A DNA stretch of 64,000 nucleotides from Candidatus Delongbacteria bacterium (lineage in GTDB: Bacteria > CAIWAD01): the NCBI GenBank assembly GCA_963663545.1, contig OY760505.1, positions 64,001 to 128,000 on the forward strand, in the 5' to 3' direction. Below, one piece after another: positions 35,305-45,415 of the stretch (positions within the stretch are counted from its first letter, which is position 1; each line of letters opens with the position of its first letter). Made by a program: the position numbers and the translations under genes. Under the pieces are notes generated by a model. It was not told the DNA's origin. It made no database searches and saw only the letters and a list, made by a program, of their open reading frames with translations.

Positions 35305-37125
35305 ATGTGCGGAATTGTTGGCTACATCGGAAAGAAGGATGCAATCCCCTTCCTGCTTGAGGGTTTGAAGCGCCTTGAGTACCGCGGATACGATTCCGCC
35401 GGCGTTGCCACTCTCAAGGAAGAGCTGGAAGTAATCAAGACCAAGGGCAAGATCAAAGACCTCGCCCGTCTGATTCCACTGCAGCACCACGCAAACGTGG
35501 GCATCGGCCACACGCGCTGGGCGACTCACGGAGAGCCAAGCACCATCAACGCTCATCCGCACGTAGCCGGTGAGGGCCGGCTCGCGCTGATTCATAATGG
35601 CATCATTGAGAATTACGCCACGCTGCGCGAGGAGCTTAAGCAGCAGGGCGTGACTTTTGTTAGCCAGACCGATACTGAGGTCCTCGCTCACTTGGTCAAT
35701 TTCTTTTACAAGGGCGACCTGGTCGCCGCCGTCCGCGAGGCACTGAGCCGCGTTGAGGGTGCCTACGGAATCGCCGTCTTGCATCGTGATCATCCGGACA
35801 TGATTGTCGTGGCACGCATGGGATCGCCGTTGTTGATCGGTTTGGGCGACGGCGAGAACTACATCAGCTCGGACAAGAACGCGCTTCTGGGACACAGTCA
35901 GCGCATGGTGATTCTTGAGGATGGCGAACTGGCCATCGTCACCGCTGATCGCGTAGATATCAGCACTTCCGATTCGCAAGTAGTTGAGCGCGACATCGTG
36001 GAGTTGGAAGAGGAACTCGAGAGCATTGATAAGGGTGAGTTTGCCCACTACATGCTCAAGGAAATCTTCGAACAACCCCGTACGATTAGCGACGCCTATG
36101 CAGGCCGTCTGCTGCCCGAAGAAGGTGGTGTGCGTCTAGGCGGACTGGGAACCGTAACCGAGCAGCTACTCAATGCGGAGCGTATCATCCTGACCGCATG
36201 TGGAACCAGTTGGCATGCGGCCATGGTTGCCGAGTATTTCATGGAAGAGTATCTGCGCGTGCCCGTTGAAGTGGAATACGCCAGTGAATTCCGCTACCGC
36301 AATCCGGTGCTGGACCGCAACACGGTTGTCATCGCCATCAGCCAGTCCGGTGAAACAGCCGACACCCTGGCTGCCATGAAGGAGGCCAAGCGCAAGGGCG
36401 CGCTTGTGCTGGGTATCTGCAATCGAGTTGGTAGCGCCATTGCACGTGAGAGCGAAGCCGGTGTCTATATTCACGCAGGACCCGAAATCGGCGTTGCTTC
36501 CACAAAGGCCTTCACCAGCCAGCTTGTGGTTCTGTTGCTGCTGACCATTCATCTGGCGCGACTGCGCAATATGGGCTACAACATGGGCCGCCAGTTGGTG
36601 GATGAATTGCGCAAACTGCCGGAAAAGGTGGAGCAAATCCTTGCCCAGTCAGCGGAGATAGCGCGCATCGCCAAGGATCTGGCGCATCACCAGAACGCCC
36701 TGTATCTGGGCCGCGGCTTGTTCTATCCCACCGCTTTGGAGGGTGCGCTCAAGCTCAAGGAGATCTCCTACGTCCATGCAGAGGGCTACCCGGCTGCAGA
36801 AATGAAGCATGGGCCGATCGCTCTGATCGACGAACAAATGCCGGTCGTGGTCATCGCCCCGCTGGATGACAACTACGACAAGGTGGTCTCGAATATTCAG
36901 GAAGTGCGCGCGCGCAAAGGCAAGGTGCTTGTCATTGCCACCCAGCTTGACCACAAGCTGCGCGAGCTGGCTCACGAAGTGATTCAGATCCCCGACGCCC
37001 ATCCCACTGTGATGCCCATTCTGGCGGTGATTCCGCTGCAGTTGCTCGCCTACTATATCGCCGTCGAGCGTGGCTGCGATGTGGACCAGCCACGCAATCT
37101 GGCCAAGAGCGTTACGGTGGAGTAA
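35305..37125 (+). CDS. glmS: Glutamine-fructose-6-phosphate transaminase
   Basis: MCGIVG, LEYRGYDS and PRNLAKSVTVE. Confidence 0.97.
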   Translation: MCGIVGYIGKKDAIPFLLEGLKRLEYRGYDSAGVATLKEELEVIKTKGKIKDLARLIPLQHHANVGIGHTRWATHGEPSTINAHPHVAGEGRLALIHNGIIENYATLREELKQQGVTFVSQTDTEVLAHLVNFFYKGDLVAAVREALSRVEGAYGIAVLHRDHPDMIVVARMGSPLLIGLGDGENYISSDKNALLGHSQRMVILEDGELAIVTADRVDISTSDSQVVERDIVELEEELESIDKGEFAHYMLKEIFEQPRTISDAYAGRLLPEEGGVRLGGLGTVTEQLLNAERIILTACGTSWHAAMVAEYFMEEYLRVPVEVEYASEFRYRNPVLDRNTVVIAISQSGETADTLAAMKEAKRKGALVLGICNRVGSAIARESEAGVYIHAGPEIGVASTKAFTSQLVVLLLLTIHLARLRNMGYNMGRQLVDELRKLPEKVEQILAQSAEIARIAKDLAHHQNALYLGRGLFYPTALEGALKLKEISYVHAEGYPAAEMKHGPIALIDEQMPVVVIAPLDDNYDKVVSNIQEVRARKGKVLVIATQLDHKLRELAHEVIQIPDAHPTVMPILAVIPLQLLAYYIAVERGCDVDQPRNLAKSVTVE

Positions 37126-38711
37126 TGATGCTCATACTGCGAACCCCACTCGTCCTTTTGCTTGCACTGGTGCTGTTCTGCTCTGCAGGTGCTGCGCAGG
37201 AGCTCCGGCGAACGGTCAATGCGATTCGACTGGGGGAATCCCCGGAGCTGATTCAAACCCTTGTCGAGCAGGGGCAGGCGGCGGCGGGAGCTGACGCAAG
37301 TTCCTGGGATCTGCTAGAGTTGTGGCTGTGTTTGCAGCAGACGCCCGGAGCGGATTTTCAGTTTGCCTGGGAGCGTTATCATCGCAACTGGCCGCGTAGT
37401 CGCTATCTGGGATATGCCGATTACCTTCGTGCACAGAATTTTTTAGTGACGGAAGAGATACACGCTGGCGTGCGTCAGCTGCTCGAGCTCCAGAGCAGCC
37501 CCGAGCCCGCCCTGGCAGACCGCGCCGGACGATTGCTGGATCGGGTGCTGGAGGAGTCACTGGGCCGCGAGGCAATTGGCGCGCTTTCCCGCGAATACAC
37601 GCAAGGTGACGCGTGCAGGCAATGGCTGGACAACTGGCTGCAGACCCACAATCTACACTTTCGTCTGGCTGCCATTTTGCCGCTCAAGGGTGTCGACGCC
37701 GCCCTTGGACACCGATATCTCGCTGGCATGGAAACGGCCCTGGCGCTGGCCGACAGCAGCCTCGGCGCGTGGTCGCTTGAAGTTCACGATTGCGAATCGG
37801 ACCCGTTACGGGCACGGCAACAGGCGCACCAGATCGAAGCCGAAGGTGGCGTCGATTGTGTGCTGGTCCCAGGGGCACCGGTATATGCGGCTGCAGTGGC
37901 GGGTTGTTTGAGTCTACCCGTGCTTTTCCCCTGGTACGAGGGCGACAACCTGCTGGAAGCGGACCCCGACTTCTACCAGTTGAATTCGCGTCCCCGAACC
38001 CGTGCGGCGGCAATGGCGGACCTGGCCGTTGACAGTCTGCATGTAAAGCGCGTGATCACTCTGGCTCCCGCCACACGAAGTGGAAAACAGCTTGTGGACA
38101 GCCTTAGTACGCGCCTCATCGAACTGGATCCGGAAGTAGAGCTTGGGCCACCGCAGTGGTATTTCCCCGGTGCACAAGACATGCGCCGCCAGCTTGAAAA
38201 CCTGTCGATTTATGAGACAGCCTTCGATTCCCTGGATGCGGTGGTTGTTTTCTCGCGTCCGGAAGATGTGGCTGTGCTGGTACCGCAATTGGCCTATGCC
38301 GATCTGCAATGCACTGTGCTGGGCGATGCTTCGCTGATTAGTGCGCGGGATATCAAGGAACTGGGCACATTGTCCGACCAGCTGCTGGTTGTCAGCGACT
38401 GGTTGCCCAATCCGCGCAAGGCGGTGTGGGGCAGCTTCCTGGAAGAGTTTCGTCGTCGTGAGATGCGCAGCCCCGAGCTTGAAGAACAGCTGGCTTTTGA
38501 AAGCACGCGTCTGGCAACAGAAGTGGCTGAGCTGGCGCGGCGTTCCGGCGGCACATTTCGCAATTGCCTGGACACTGCCGATTTGCCTTCTGCATACGGT
38601 GGACGCATGATGCTGCGTGCGCGCAGCAATGGTCATTTATTGCTTCTACGTTGGGATGGCTGGGCTTTTCGCGCCATCGGTGGTATGGAGTTACAAGGGA
38701 TTGAGCGCTAA
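37125..38711 (+). CDS. Exported periplasmic-binding-fold protein (LpoA/ABC substrate-binding-like)
   Basis: Signal peptide; helical N-terminus; LAAILPLKG..AALG...GM type I PBP fold. Confidence 0.6.
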   Translation: MMLILRTPLVLLLALVLFCSAGAAQELRRTVNAIRLGESPELIQTLVEQGQAAAGADASSWDLLELWLCLQQTPGADFQFAWERYHRNWPRSRYLGYADYLRAQNFLVTEEIHAGVRQLLELQSSPEPALADRAGRLLDRVLEESLGREAIGALSREYTQGDACRQWLDNWLQTHNLHFRLAAILPLKGVDAALGHRYLAGMETALALADSSLGAWSLEVHDCESDPLRARQQAHQIEAEGGVDCVLVPGAPVYAAAVAGCLSLPVLFPWYEGDNLLEADPDFYQLNSRPRTRAAAMADLAVDSLHVKRVITLAPATRSGKQLVDSLSTRLIELDPEVELGPPQWYFPGAQDMRRQLENLSIYETAFDSLDAVVVFSRPEDVAVLVPQLAYADLQCTVLGDASLISARDIKELGTLSDQLLVVSDWLPNPRKAVWGSFLEEFRRREMRSPELEEQLAFESTRLATEVAELARRSGGTFRNCLDTADLPSAYGGRMMLRARSNGHLLLLRWDGWAFRAIGGMELQGIER

Positions 38712-39517
38712 TGCTGGAAGCAATCATACTGGGCATTGTCCAGGGACTCACTGAGTTTCTGCCCATCTCCAGTTCTGGACATTTGGTGCTGGGACAAGAG
38801 CTGCTGGGGGTTCTGGATCACGGATCCAAGGACGTGCTCTTCGAGGTCGTTCTTCATCTAGGAACGCTGGTCGCCGTGCTCGTCGCCTTGTGGCGTGACG
38901 TGCTCCGTTTGTTGCAAGCGCTTCTGCCTGGAAAACCGCAGGAAAAAGCGCCTGCGCGCAAGCTGATCTTGTGGATTTTCCTTTCGACCCTTCCCACCGG
39001 GCTCATCGGTTTTCTGCTGCGCGACCAGTTTGAGGCAGCCTTCACGCGGCCCTGGTTCGTCTCGGCCATGTTGTTGGTAACGGCGAGCATTCTGTTCATT
39101 GGCGATCGATTGCCGCGAAAGAACGTAGTGGCCGAAGAGCTCGGTCCCTTGCGCTCGCTATGGCTGGGAATCGCACAATCGCTTGCCATTCTACCCGGTG
39201 TCAGTCGCAGTGGAACAACTATTGTGGCGGGGATTGCCGCTGGCGCGAAGCCAGAAGAAGCCGCCCGTTACAGTTTTCTGATATCGATTCCCGCAGTACT
39301 GGGTGCTTTGGTATTGGAGTTGCCAGATCTGTTTGCTGGCACGGCCGCGCTGCGCTACAGCTCCATGGAGCTCCTCGTTGGATTTGCGGCCGCCGCCGTT
39401 GTGGGCTATCTGGCTTTGCAGTGGCTATTAGTGGCGGTACGCAAGCGCAACTTGAGCTGGTTCGCGCTTTACTGTGCCGTTGTTGGAGTGGTCGCTCTGA
39501 TCTGGAGCCTGAGCTGA
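38711..39517 (+). CDS. uppP: Undecaprenyl-diphosphate phosphatase
   Basis: QGLTEFLPISSSGH and PGVSRSG. Confidence 0.95.
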   Translation: MLEAIILGIVQGLTEFLPISSSGHLVLGQELLGVLDHGSKDVLFEVVLHLGTLVAVLVALWRDVLRLLQALLPGKPQEKAPARKLILWIFLSTLPTGLIGFLLRDQFEAAFTRPWFVSAMLLVTASILFIGDRLPRKNVVAEELGPLRSLWLGIAQSLAILPGVSRSGTTIVAGIAAGAKPEEAARYSFLISIPAVLGALVLELPDLFAGTAALRYSSMELLVGFAAAAVVGYLALQWLLVAVRKRNLSWFALYCAVVGVVALIWSLS

Positions 39518-40311
39518 TGCGTCCGCTAGTTGGAATCAGTCCCGAACGCGATGCCAGCCCGGAGCGCGAATTCAAGGCCGGCTGGGTGCTTGAATTGCTC
39601 ATCGATGAGTATGCGCACATGATCGCTCAGGCGGGCATGCAGCCCATCGTACTCAGTTCCGCAGCTGGTGTAACCGAGGAGCTGCTGGCACCCTTGGATG
39701 CAGTTGTCCTTTCCGGTGGTAGCGACCTTGATCCCAGCTATTGGAATGAGAAGCCTTTGCCGCCTGATCAGGGCGGTATCAATCTGATCGATACGGATAA
39801 TGTTGAGCGCACAGCCTTCGAACATCATTTGGTGCTGGGATGTCTGCGTCGTGGTATTCCCATGCTGGGAATTTGTCGTGGCTTGCAGCAACTCAACGTA
39901 AGTCTGGGCGGCAGTCTAGTGCAGGATCTGGAAGTGCAACGCGGTATCAGCGGCCATTATGAACGATTGAATCCCTGCCGGCTCGTGCACAATGTTTCTG
40001 CTGTTGTCGGTTCACCCTGGCCGAGCGAGCTGGAGACCACCTTTGCTGTTACCAGTACGCATCACCAGGCTGTTGATCGACCTGCCCGGGGACTGCGTGT
40101 GCTGGCGTGTGACACACAGGATGGCCTGATCGAGCTTCAGGAGCGCGATTCCGACTACGGACCTCTTTGCGAAGGAGATCGTGGCGCGCTGGTGTTGGCC
40201 ACGCAGTGGCATCCCGAGCGAATGGTCGGAAGTCCTAGCACGCAATGGCTGTTGGCGCGCTTATACAAGGCGGCAGCGGAAAGGGCAGAAGCACGGAGGA
40301 CCGGGGAGTGA
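39517..40311 (+). CDS. Gamma-glutamyl-GABA hydrolase family (peptidase C26) amidotransferase
   Basis: LSGGSD, GICRGLQ, HHQAV and QWHPE. Confidence 0.85.
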   Translation: MRPLVGISPERDASPEREFKAGWVLELLIDEYAHMIAQAGMQPIVLSSAAGVTEELLAPLDAVVLSGGSDLDPSYWNEKPLPPDQGGINLIDTDNVERTAFEHHLVLGCLRRGIPMLGICRGLQQLNVSLGGSLVQDLEVQRGISGHYERLNPCRLVHNVSAVVGSPWPSELETTFAVTSTHHQAVDRPARGLRVLACDTQDGLIELQERDSDYGPLCEGDRGALVLATQWHPERMVGSPSTQWLLARLYKAAAERAEARRTGE

Positions 40312-41312
40312 ACGCAATTCCCGGCGAGGGCGAGATTCGCGCCGGCAAGCTGGCACCCATTTACTTCCTGCACGGTGAAGAGGAGTACTTGCTGGAGGCA
40401 CAGCGAAAGCTCTTTTTCGACAACGTCGTTGACGAGAGCTTGGCGGCCTTCAATCGGGACAGCTTTCACGCGGAGGATCTGAAAGGCGAGGAGCTCTTTC
40501 GCCTTGCGGCCTCCTTTCCCATGATGGCCGAACGGAGGCTGGTACTCGTGCGCGGCTTGGAACGCGCATCGGCATCGCTGCTGGATCAGCTGTTGGTCTA
40601 CGTCGAAAACCCCAGTGAGACGACCTGTCTGGTCTTGTGCGCAGGCAAGGTGGATATGCGCAAAAAGACCTTCAAGACCCTGAAGGCAAAGACGCAAAGT
40701 CACGAGTACACCCGCCTGAAGGTGGATGAACTGCCGCAGTGGATGATCGCGCATCTGCAGCAGGCCGGATTCACCCTCACACGTCAGGATAGCCTGGTGT
40801 TGGCTGGACAGCTTGAGGGCGCCCCTTTGCGCATGGTCGTGGGCGAGCTGGACAAACTGATGCTGTTGGCGGAAGGCCAAGGACGCAGCCAGATCAATAG
40901 CGAGGATCTGGCTTGTGCGCTGGGCGTCGATGCCGAGGCAAGCCCTTTTCATTTTGCCGACGCGCTACTGGCGCGCAATCAGCGTGGCGCATTAGCGATT
41001 CTGAAACAGTTGCAAAACCGTCCCGACAGCGTGTACATCGTGTTGCCCACTCTGCATCGCAGCTTTGGACGACAGTGGTACATTGCAGGCATGAAACAAC
41101 GCGGAATGGGCTCCAAAGAAATCGCCGAGGGACTTGGTCTGACGGCATGGCAAGTGCGGGGTGCAATGACCCACACTGCGCGCTGGACTAGTTCTTCGCT
41201 GGCGCAGGCTTGTGACCTGCTGCTTGAGGCGGATTTTGCGGTAAAGGGCGGAAGTCCATTGAGTAGTAATGTGATCCTGACCAAACTGGTACTTGACTTA
41301 TGCCGGACCTGA
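40308..41312 (+). CDS. holA: DNA polymerase III delta subunit
   Basis: PIYFLHGEEEYL, FPMMAERRLV, ELDKL and ADFAVKG. Confidence 0.88.
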   Translation: MNAIPGEGEIRAGKLAPIYFLHGEEEYLLEAQRKLFFDNVVDESLAAFNRDSFHAEDLKGEELFRLAASFPMMAERRLVLVRGLERASASLLDQLLVYVENPSETTCLVLCAGKVDMRKKTFKTLKAKTQSHEYTRLKVDELPQWMIAHLQQAGFTLTRQDSLVLAGQLEGAPLRMVVGELDKLMLLAEGQGRSQINSEDLACALGVDAEASPFHFADALLARNQRGALAILKQLQNRPDSVYIVLPTLHRSFGRQWYIAGMKQRGMGSKEIAEGLGLTAWQVRGAMTHTARWTSSSLAQACDLLLEADFAVKGGSPLSSNVILTKLVLDLCRT

Positions 41313-41878
41313 AGGACAAAAGCGACGAGCAACTGGTGCTGGAGCTGCAGCAGGGGCGCATAGAGTATTACGACGTTCTGGTGGAACGCTACCAGCATCG
41401 GCTCTTTGGCTACCTCATGCAACTGGTTCGCGATCAGCAGTTGGCGGAGGACCTGCTACAGGAGACCTTTATCAGGCTCTACCAGCACTACAATAGCTAT
41501 CGCCCCATCGCCAAGTTCTCTACCTGGATTTACACCATTGCCACTAACCTGGTACGCAGCCACATGCGCCGACGCATGAAAATGACGACTGTGGACCTGG
41601 AACCGCGAGAAGCGGGTGACCGGCCCATTGAGTTGGCGGATGATGCCCCGGCAGTGGACGAGCTCGTTATGGGCCGCATGACAGTAGAGGCAGTGCGCGA
41701 TGCCATGGAGAAGCTGCCCGAGGAGTTTCGCCAAGTCATAATCCTGCGGGAGATCGAGGAACTTTCTTACGACGAAATTGTTGAAATCCTAAATCTGCCC
41801 CTTGGGACGGTGAAAAGCCGTATCAATCGTGCCAGGGGACGCCTGAAGGAACTGCTGGCGAAGGATTACAGGGAGTGA
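41300..41878 (+). CDS. ECF RNA polymerase sigma factor (RpoE-like)
   Basis: AEDLLQETF, FSTWIYTIA and GTVKSRINRAR. Confidence 0.92.
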   Translation: MPDLKDKSDEQLVLELQQGRIEYYDVLVERYQHRLFGYLMQLVRDQQLAEDLLQETFIRLYQHYNSYRPIAKFSTWIYTIATNLVRSHMRRRMKMTTVDLEPREAGDRPIELADDAPAVDELVMGRMTVEAVRDAMEKLPEEFRQVIILREIEELSYDEIVEILNLPLGTVKSRINRARGRLKELLAKDYRE

Positions 41879-41882
41879 TGCG

Positions 41883-42386
41883 ATGATGAAATGCAAGAAA
41901 GTTCGTGAAGAAGTCTGGGATTGGCTGATTGACGGCGATGACCATCCTGAAGCACAGGAAATCAAAGGCCACCTTGATCAGTGTAAAGGCTGCAGCAATG
42001 ATCGCCAGCAAGTGGAGTGCATCAAGGGTGTGCTGCACGAGTTGGGTGATCGCGCGCCGAGCAACCTGCACGAGCGATTGCACGCACGCATCCAGCAGCT
42101 CGATCAGGAAGCGCATTCGCAAGCGCGGACACGCGGAACAGGATGGCAGCGCTGGCTACGTCCAGCAGCGTATCTCGCTAGTGGCGCGGCGGCGGTTTTA
42201 GTTGTCGGTTTGTTTGTCGCCCCCCAGCAGCCCACTTCGATCCTGCCGGGAGCGAGCGGTGTTATTGCCGAGCGCCAATACAACGAGAACGACAGTCTGA
42301 ATGCCGCACCCCATGACCCCGCCCTGGAGGATGCTGCGCGCCTACAGGCCGTCAGTAGCCCGTCTTTGGAAAGCGGCGGGAATTGA
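41883..42386 (+). CDS. Zinc-binding anti-sigma factor
   Basis: HLDQCKGC (HxxxCxxC) plus one TM helix, directly after the ECF sigma. Confidence 0.8.
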   Translation: MMKCKKVREEVWDWLIDGDDHPEAQEIKGHLDQCKGCSNDRQQVECIKGVLHELGDRAPSNLHERLHARIQQLDQEAHSQARTRGTGWQRWLRPAAYLASGAAAVLVVGLFVAPQQPTSILPGASGVIAERQYNENDSLNAAPHDPALEDAARLQAVSSPSLESGGN

Positions 42387-42458
42387 AGTATCTTCCAAGC
42401 CTTGTAATAAGTGGGTGAACGCTTCACCCACTTCTACTCAAGGCTGTGGAGGACGCAC

Positions 42459-43172
42459 ATGAAGGGCATCATCCTCGCCGGTGGTACCGGATCCCGCCTG
42501 CACCCCCTTACCAAAGTCACCAACAAGCATTTACTGCCCGTAGGCCGCGAGCCCATGATTTTTCACCCCGTACGCAAGCTGACGGAAGCCGGCATCAGCC
42601 AGATTCTGATCGTAACGGGCGTGGAACACATGGGCGATGTGGTCAACCTGTTGGGCAGTGGCCGTGACTTCGGCTGTCAGTTTACCTACAAGGTGCAGGA
42701 CGAAGCGGGAGGAATCGCACAGGCGTTGGGCTTGGCGGAGGAGTTTGTTGGCAGCCAGCGCATGGTGGTTCTGCTGGGCGACAACATCTTTGCCGATTCA
42801 TTGAAGTCGGTCGTCGATACCTTCGAAAACGAAGAAGCCGAGGCGCGCATCCTCTTGCGCCGAGTTCCCGATCCGGGACGCTATGGCGTGGCAGAAGTGG
42901 CCGGCGATCGTATTCTCTCCATTGAGGAAAAACCCGCTCATCCCAAGTCAGACCTGGCGGTGACCGGCGTTTACTTGTATCGTCCCGAGGTCTTTTCCAT
43001 TGTTCGCACGCTAAAACCTTCCGGGCGCGGCGAGTTGGAAATCACCGATGTGAATAACCATTTCATTCAGCGCGGAAGTCTGCGTTGGTCGCAGCTACAA
43101 GGTTGGTGGACCGATGCGGGGACTTTCGACTCGCTAGCATTGGCAAACAAACTTCTTGAGGAACAGGAATGA
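42459..43172 (+). CDS. Sugar-1-phosphate nucleotidyltransferase (RmlA/SpsI-like)
   Basis: GIILAGGTGSRL.PLT and SGRGELEITD. Confidence 0.9.
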   Translation: MKGIILAGGTGSRLHPLTKVTNKHLLPVGREPMIFHPVRKLTEAGISQILIVTGVEHMGDVVNLLGSGRDFGCQFTYKVQDEAGGIAQALGLAEEFVGSQRMVVLLGDNIFADSLKSVVDTFENEEAEARILLRRVPDPGRYGVAEVAGDRILSIEEKPAHPKSDLAVTGVYLYRPEVFSIVRTLKPSGRGELEITDVNNHFIQRGSLRWSQLQGWWTDAGTFDSLALANKLLEEQE

Positions 43173-44470
43173 AGCTCACTGTCATCGGTACCGGATATGT
43201 CGGACTGGTTGCCGGCGTATGCTTTGCCGAAGTAGGCAACGATGTAACATGCGTGGATCTGGACCAGAGCAAGATTGATACCCTGAATCGGGGCGACATC
43301 CCTATTTACGAGCCTGGGCTACGCGAAACACTCGAGCGCGTCGTCCGCATGGGGCGTCTGCATTTCACCACCAGCACCGCTGATGCCATTCCCGGTTCCG
43401 ACGTGGCTTTCATCGCCGTCGGTACACCCCCAGACGAGGACGGAAGTGCTGACTTGCAGCATGTATTGGCAGCCGCAAGGGATATTGCCAGGGCTCAGGA
43501 CGGCTACCTGGTTGTGGTTGACAAGAGCACAGTACCCGTGGGTACCGCCGACAAAGTCCGCGAGGTGATGGCGCGTGAAGCTAAACACGAGTTTGACGTT
43601 GTCTCCAATCCCGAGTTCCTGAAGGAAGGCGCAGCCGTCAACGATTTCCTCAAGCCGGATCGAGTTGTGATCGGTGCCGACAACGAGCGCGCACGCGAGA
43701 TCATGCTGCAGCTCTACGGTCCTTTTGTGCGCACGGGCCATCCCATCATTACCATGGACGTGCACAGTGCCGAGCTCACCAAATATGCGGCCAACAGCCT
43801 GCTGGCAACGAAAATCTCCTTCATGAATGAAATCGCCCGGATCTGTGATCTGGTGGGGGCCAACGTGGATAGCGTGCGTCGCGGCATTGGCAGCGATAGT
43901 CGCATCGGTCCACAATTCCTATTTGCCGGCGCGGGATATGGCGGAAGCTGCTTCCCGAAGGACGTCAAGGCTATTGTCAAGACCTCAAAGAATCTTGGCT
44001 ATGAGTTCGAAATTCTCAATGCGGTCGAAAGCGTTAACGCCAAGCAGAAGCAGATCCTTGTAGACATGGCAAGGAAGACGGCGGGTGCAGATTTGAGCAG
44101 CAAGCGTGTCGTCTTGTGGGGGCTTTCGTTTAAGCCGCGCACCGATGATATGCGTGAAGCTCCCGCACTCGAGATTATCAAGGGGCTACACGAGATGGGT
44201 GCCGAAGTCGTGGCTTGGGATCCCGAGGCCATGAAGGAATGCCGCCGCCGTATTGGCGACACCATTACTTACGCGCCTACGCAATACGACGCTTTGAAGG
44301 ATGCCGATATCCTGATGCTGGTGACAGAGTGGTCGGACTTCCGCGAGCCGGATTTCAGCCGCATCCAGGAGCAGATGCGTGGGCGCCTGGTGCTGGATGG
44401 CCGCAATATCTGGGATCCTGCCAAGATGAAGTCGCTGGGCTTTGAGTATTACAGTATCGGCCGACCCTAG
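43169..44470 (+). CDS. ugd: UDP-glucose 6-dehydrogenase
   Basis: [14 protein letters not shown] and [10 protein letters not shown]. Confidence 0.95.
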   Translation: MKLTVIGTGYVGLVAGVCFAEVGNDVTCVDLDQSKIDTLNRGDIPIYEPGLRETLERVVRMGRLHFTTSTADAIPGSDVAFIAVGTPPDEDGSADLQHVLAAARDIARAQDGYLVVVDKSTVPVGTADKVREVMAREAKHEFDVVSNPEFLKEGAAVNDFLKPDRVVIGADNERAREIMLQLYGPFVRTGHPIITMDVHSAELTKYAANSLLATKISFMNEIARICDLVGANVDSVRRGIGSDSRIGPQFLFAGAGYGGSCFPKDVKAIVKTSKNLGYEFEILNAVESVNAKQKQILVDMARKTAGADLSSKRVVLWGLSFKPRTDDMREAPALEIIKGLHEMGAEVVAWDPEAMKECRRRIGDTITYAPTQYDALKDADILMLVTEWSDFREPDFSRIQEQMRGRLVLDGRNIWDPAKMKSLGFEYYSIGRP

Positions 44471-44479
44471 GAACGCTGC

Positions 44480-45415
44480 ATGAGAATTCTGGTAACAGGT
44501 GGCGCCGGTTTCATCGGTAGCCACCTGTGTCGCCGCCTATTGGCGGATGGACACGAAGTCACTTGCCTGGATAACTTCTTTACAGGCAGCCGCGAAAACG
44601 TACTTCCTCTGCTGGAGGATCACCGCTTTGAACTGGTGCGTCACGACATCACCCAGCCCATTTTGCTGGAAGTGGATCAGATCTATAATCTGGCTTGTCC
44701 GGCATCGCCAGTTCACTACCAGTACAATCCGGTGAAGACCGTGAAGACCAGCGTGATGGGTGCCATCAACATGCTGGGGCTGGCAAAACGAGTACACGCG
44801 CGCATTCTACATAGCTCCACCAGCGAGGTCTACGGCGACCCGAAAGTGCATCCGCAGACGGAGGATTACTGGGGCAATGTAAATCCCATAGGCCTCCGAT
44901 CGTGCTACGATGAGGGCAAGCGTGTTGCTGAAACCCTGATGTTTGACTACCACCGTCAGAACAAGGTGGATATTCGTGTCATTCGCATCTTCAATACGTA
45001 TGGACCGCGCATGGCGCTCAACGACGGTCGCGTTGTTTCCAACTTTATTCTGCAGGCGCTGCGCGGAGAAGATATTACCGTCTACGGCGAGGGGCAGCAG
45101 ACGCGCAGTTTCCAATACGTGAGCGATCTGATCGAGGCGATGATTCGCATGATGCGGCAGGATGGTTTTATTGGGCCGGTGAATCTGGGTAACCCTATCG
45201 AGTTCACCATCCTTGAGCTGGCCGAGCTGGTGATCGAGATGACCGGAAGCGCGTCACGCATTCGCCACGAGCCACTCCCCGGTGATGACCCCAAGGTGCG
45301 CAAACCGGATATCAGCCTGGCTCGCGAAAAATTGAACTGGGAGCCCGAGGTTCAACTGCGCGAAGGGCTGTCCAAGACCATCGCCTACTTCGAGGACCAA
45401 CTGACACGAGCATGA
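44480..45415 (+). CDS. uxs: UDP-glucuronate decarboxylase (UDP-xylose synthase)
   Basis: [24 protein letters not shown] and YDEGKR. Confidence 0.93.
   Translation: MRILVTGGAGFIGSHLCRRLLADGHEVTCLDNFFTGSRENVLPLLEDHRFELVRHDITQPILLEVDQIYNLACPASPVHYQYNPVKTVKTSVMGAINMLGLAKRVHARILHSSTSEVYGDPKVHPQTEDYWGNVNPIGLRSCYDEGKRVAETLMFDYHRQNKVDIRVIRIFNTYGPRMALNDGRVVSNFILQALRGEDITVYGEGQQTRSFQYVSDLIEAMIRMMRQDGFIGPVNLGNPIEFTILELAELVIEMTGSASRIRHEPLPGDDPKVRKPDISLAREKLNWEPEVQLREGLSKTIAYFEDQLTRA

Noticed and set aside
39160-39516. N-terminal extension of the C26 hydrolase in the ORF track
   Set aside because: It overlaps uppP; the true start is likely ATG 39517 (TGATG coupling). Similar start trims were applied to dctP, dctM, the cold-shock gene, hpt, holA, guaA and manC.
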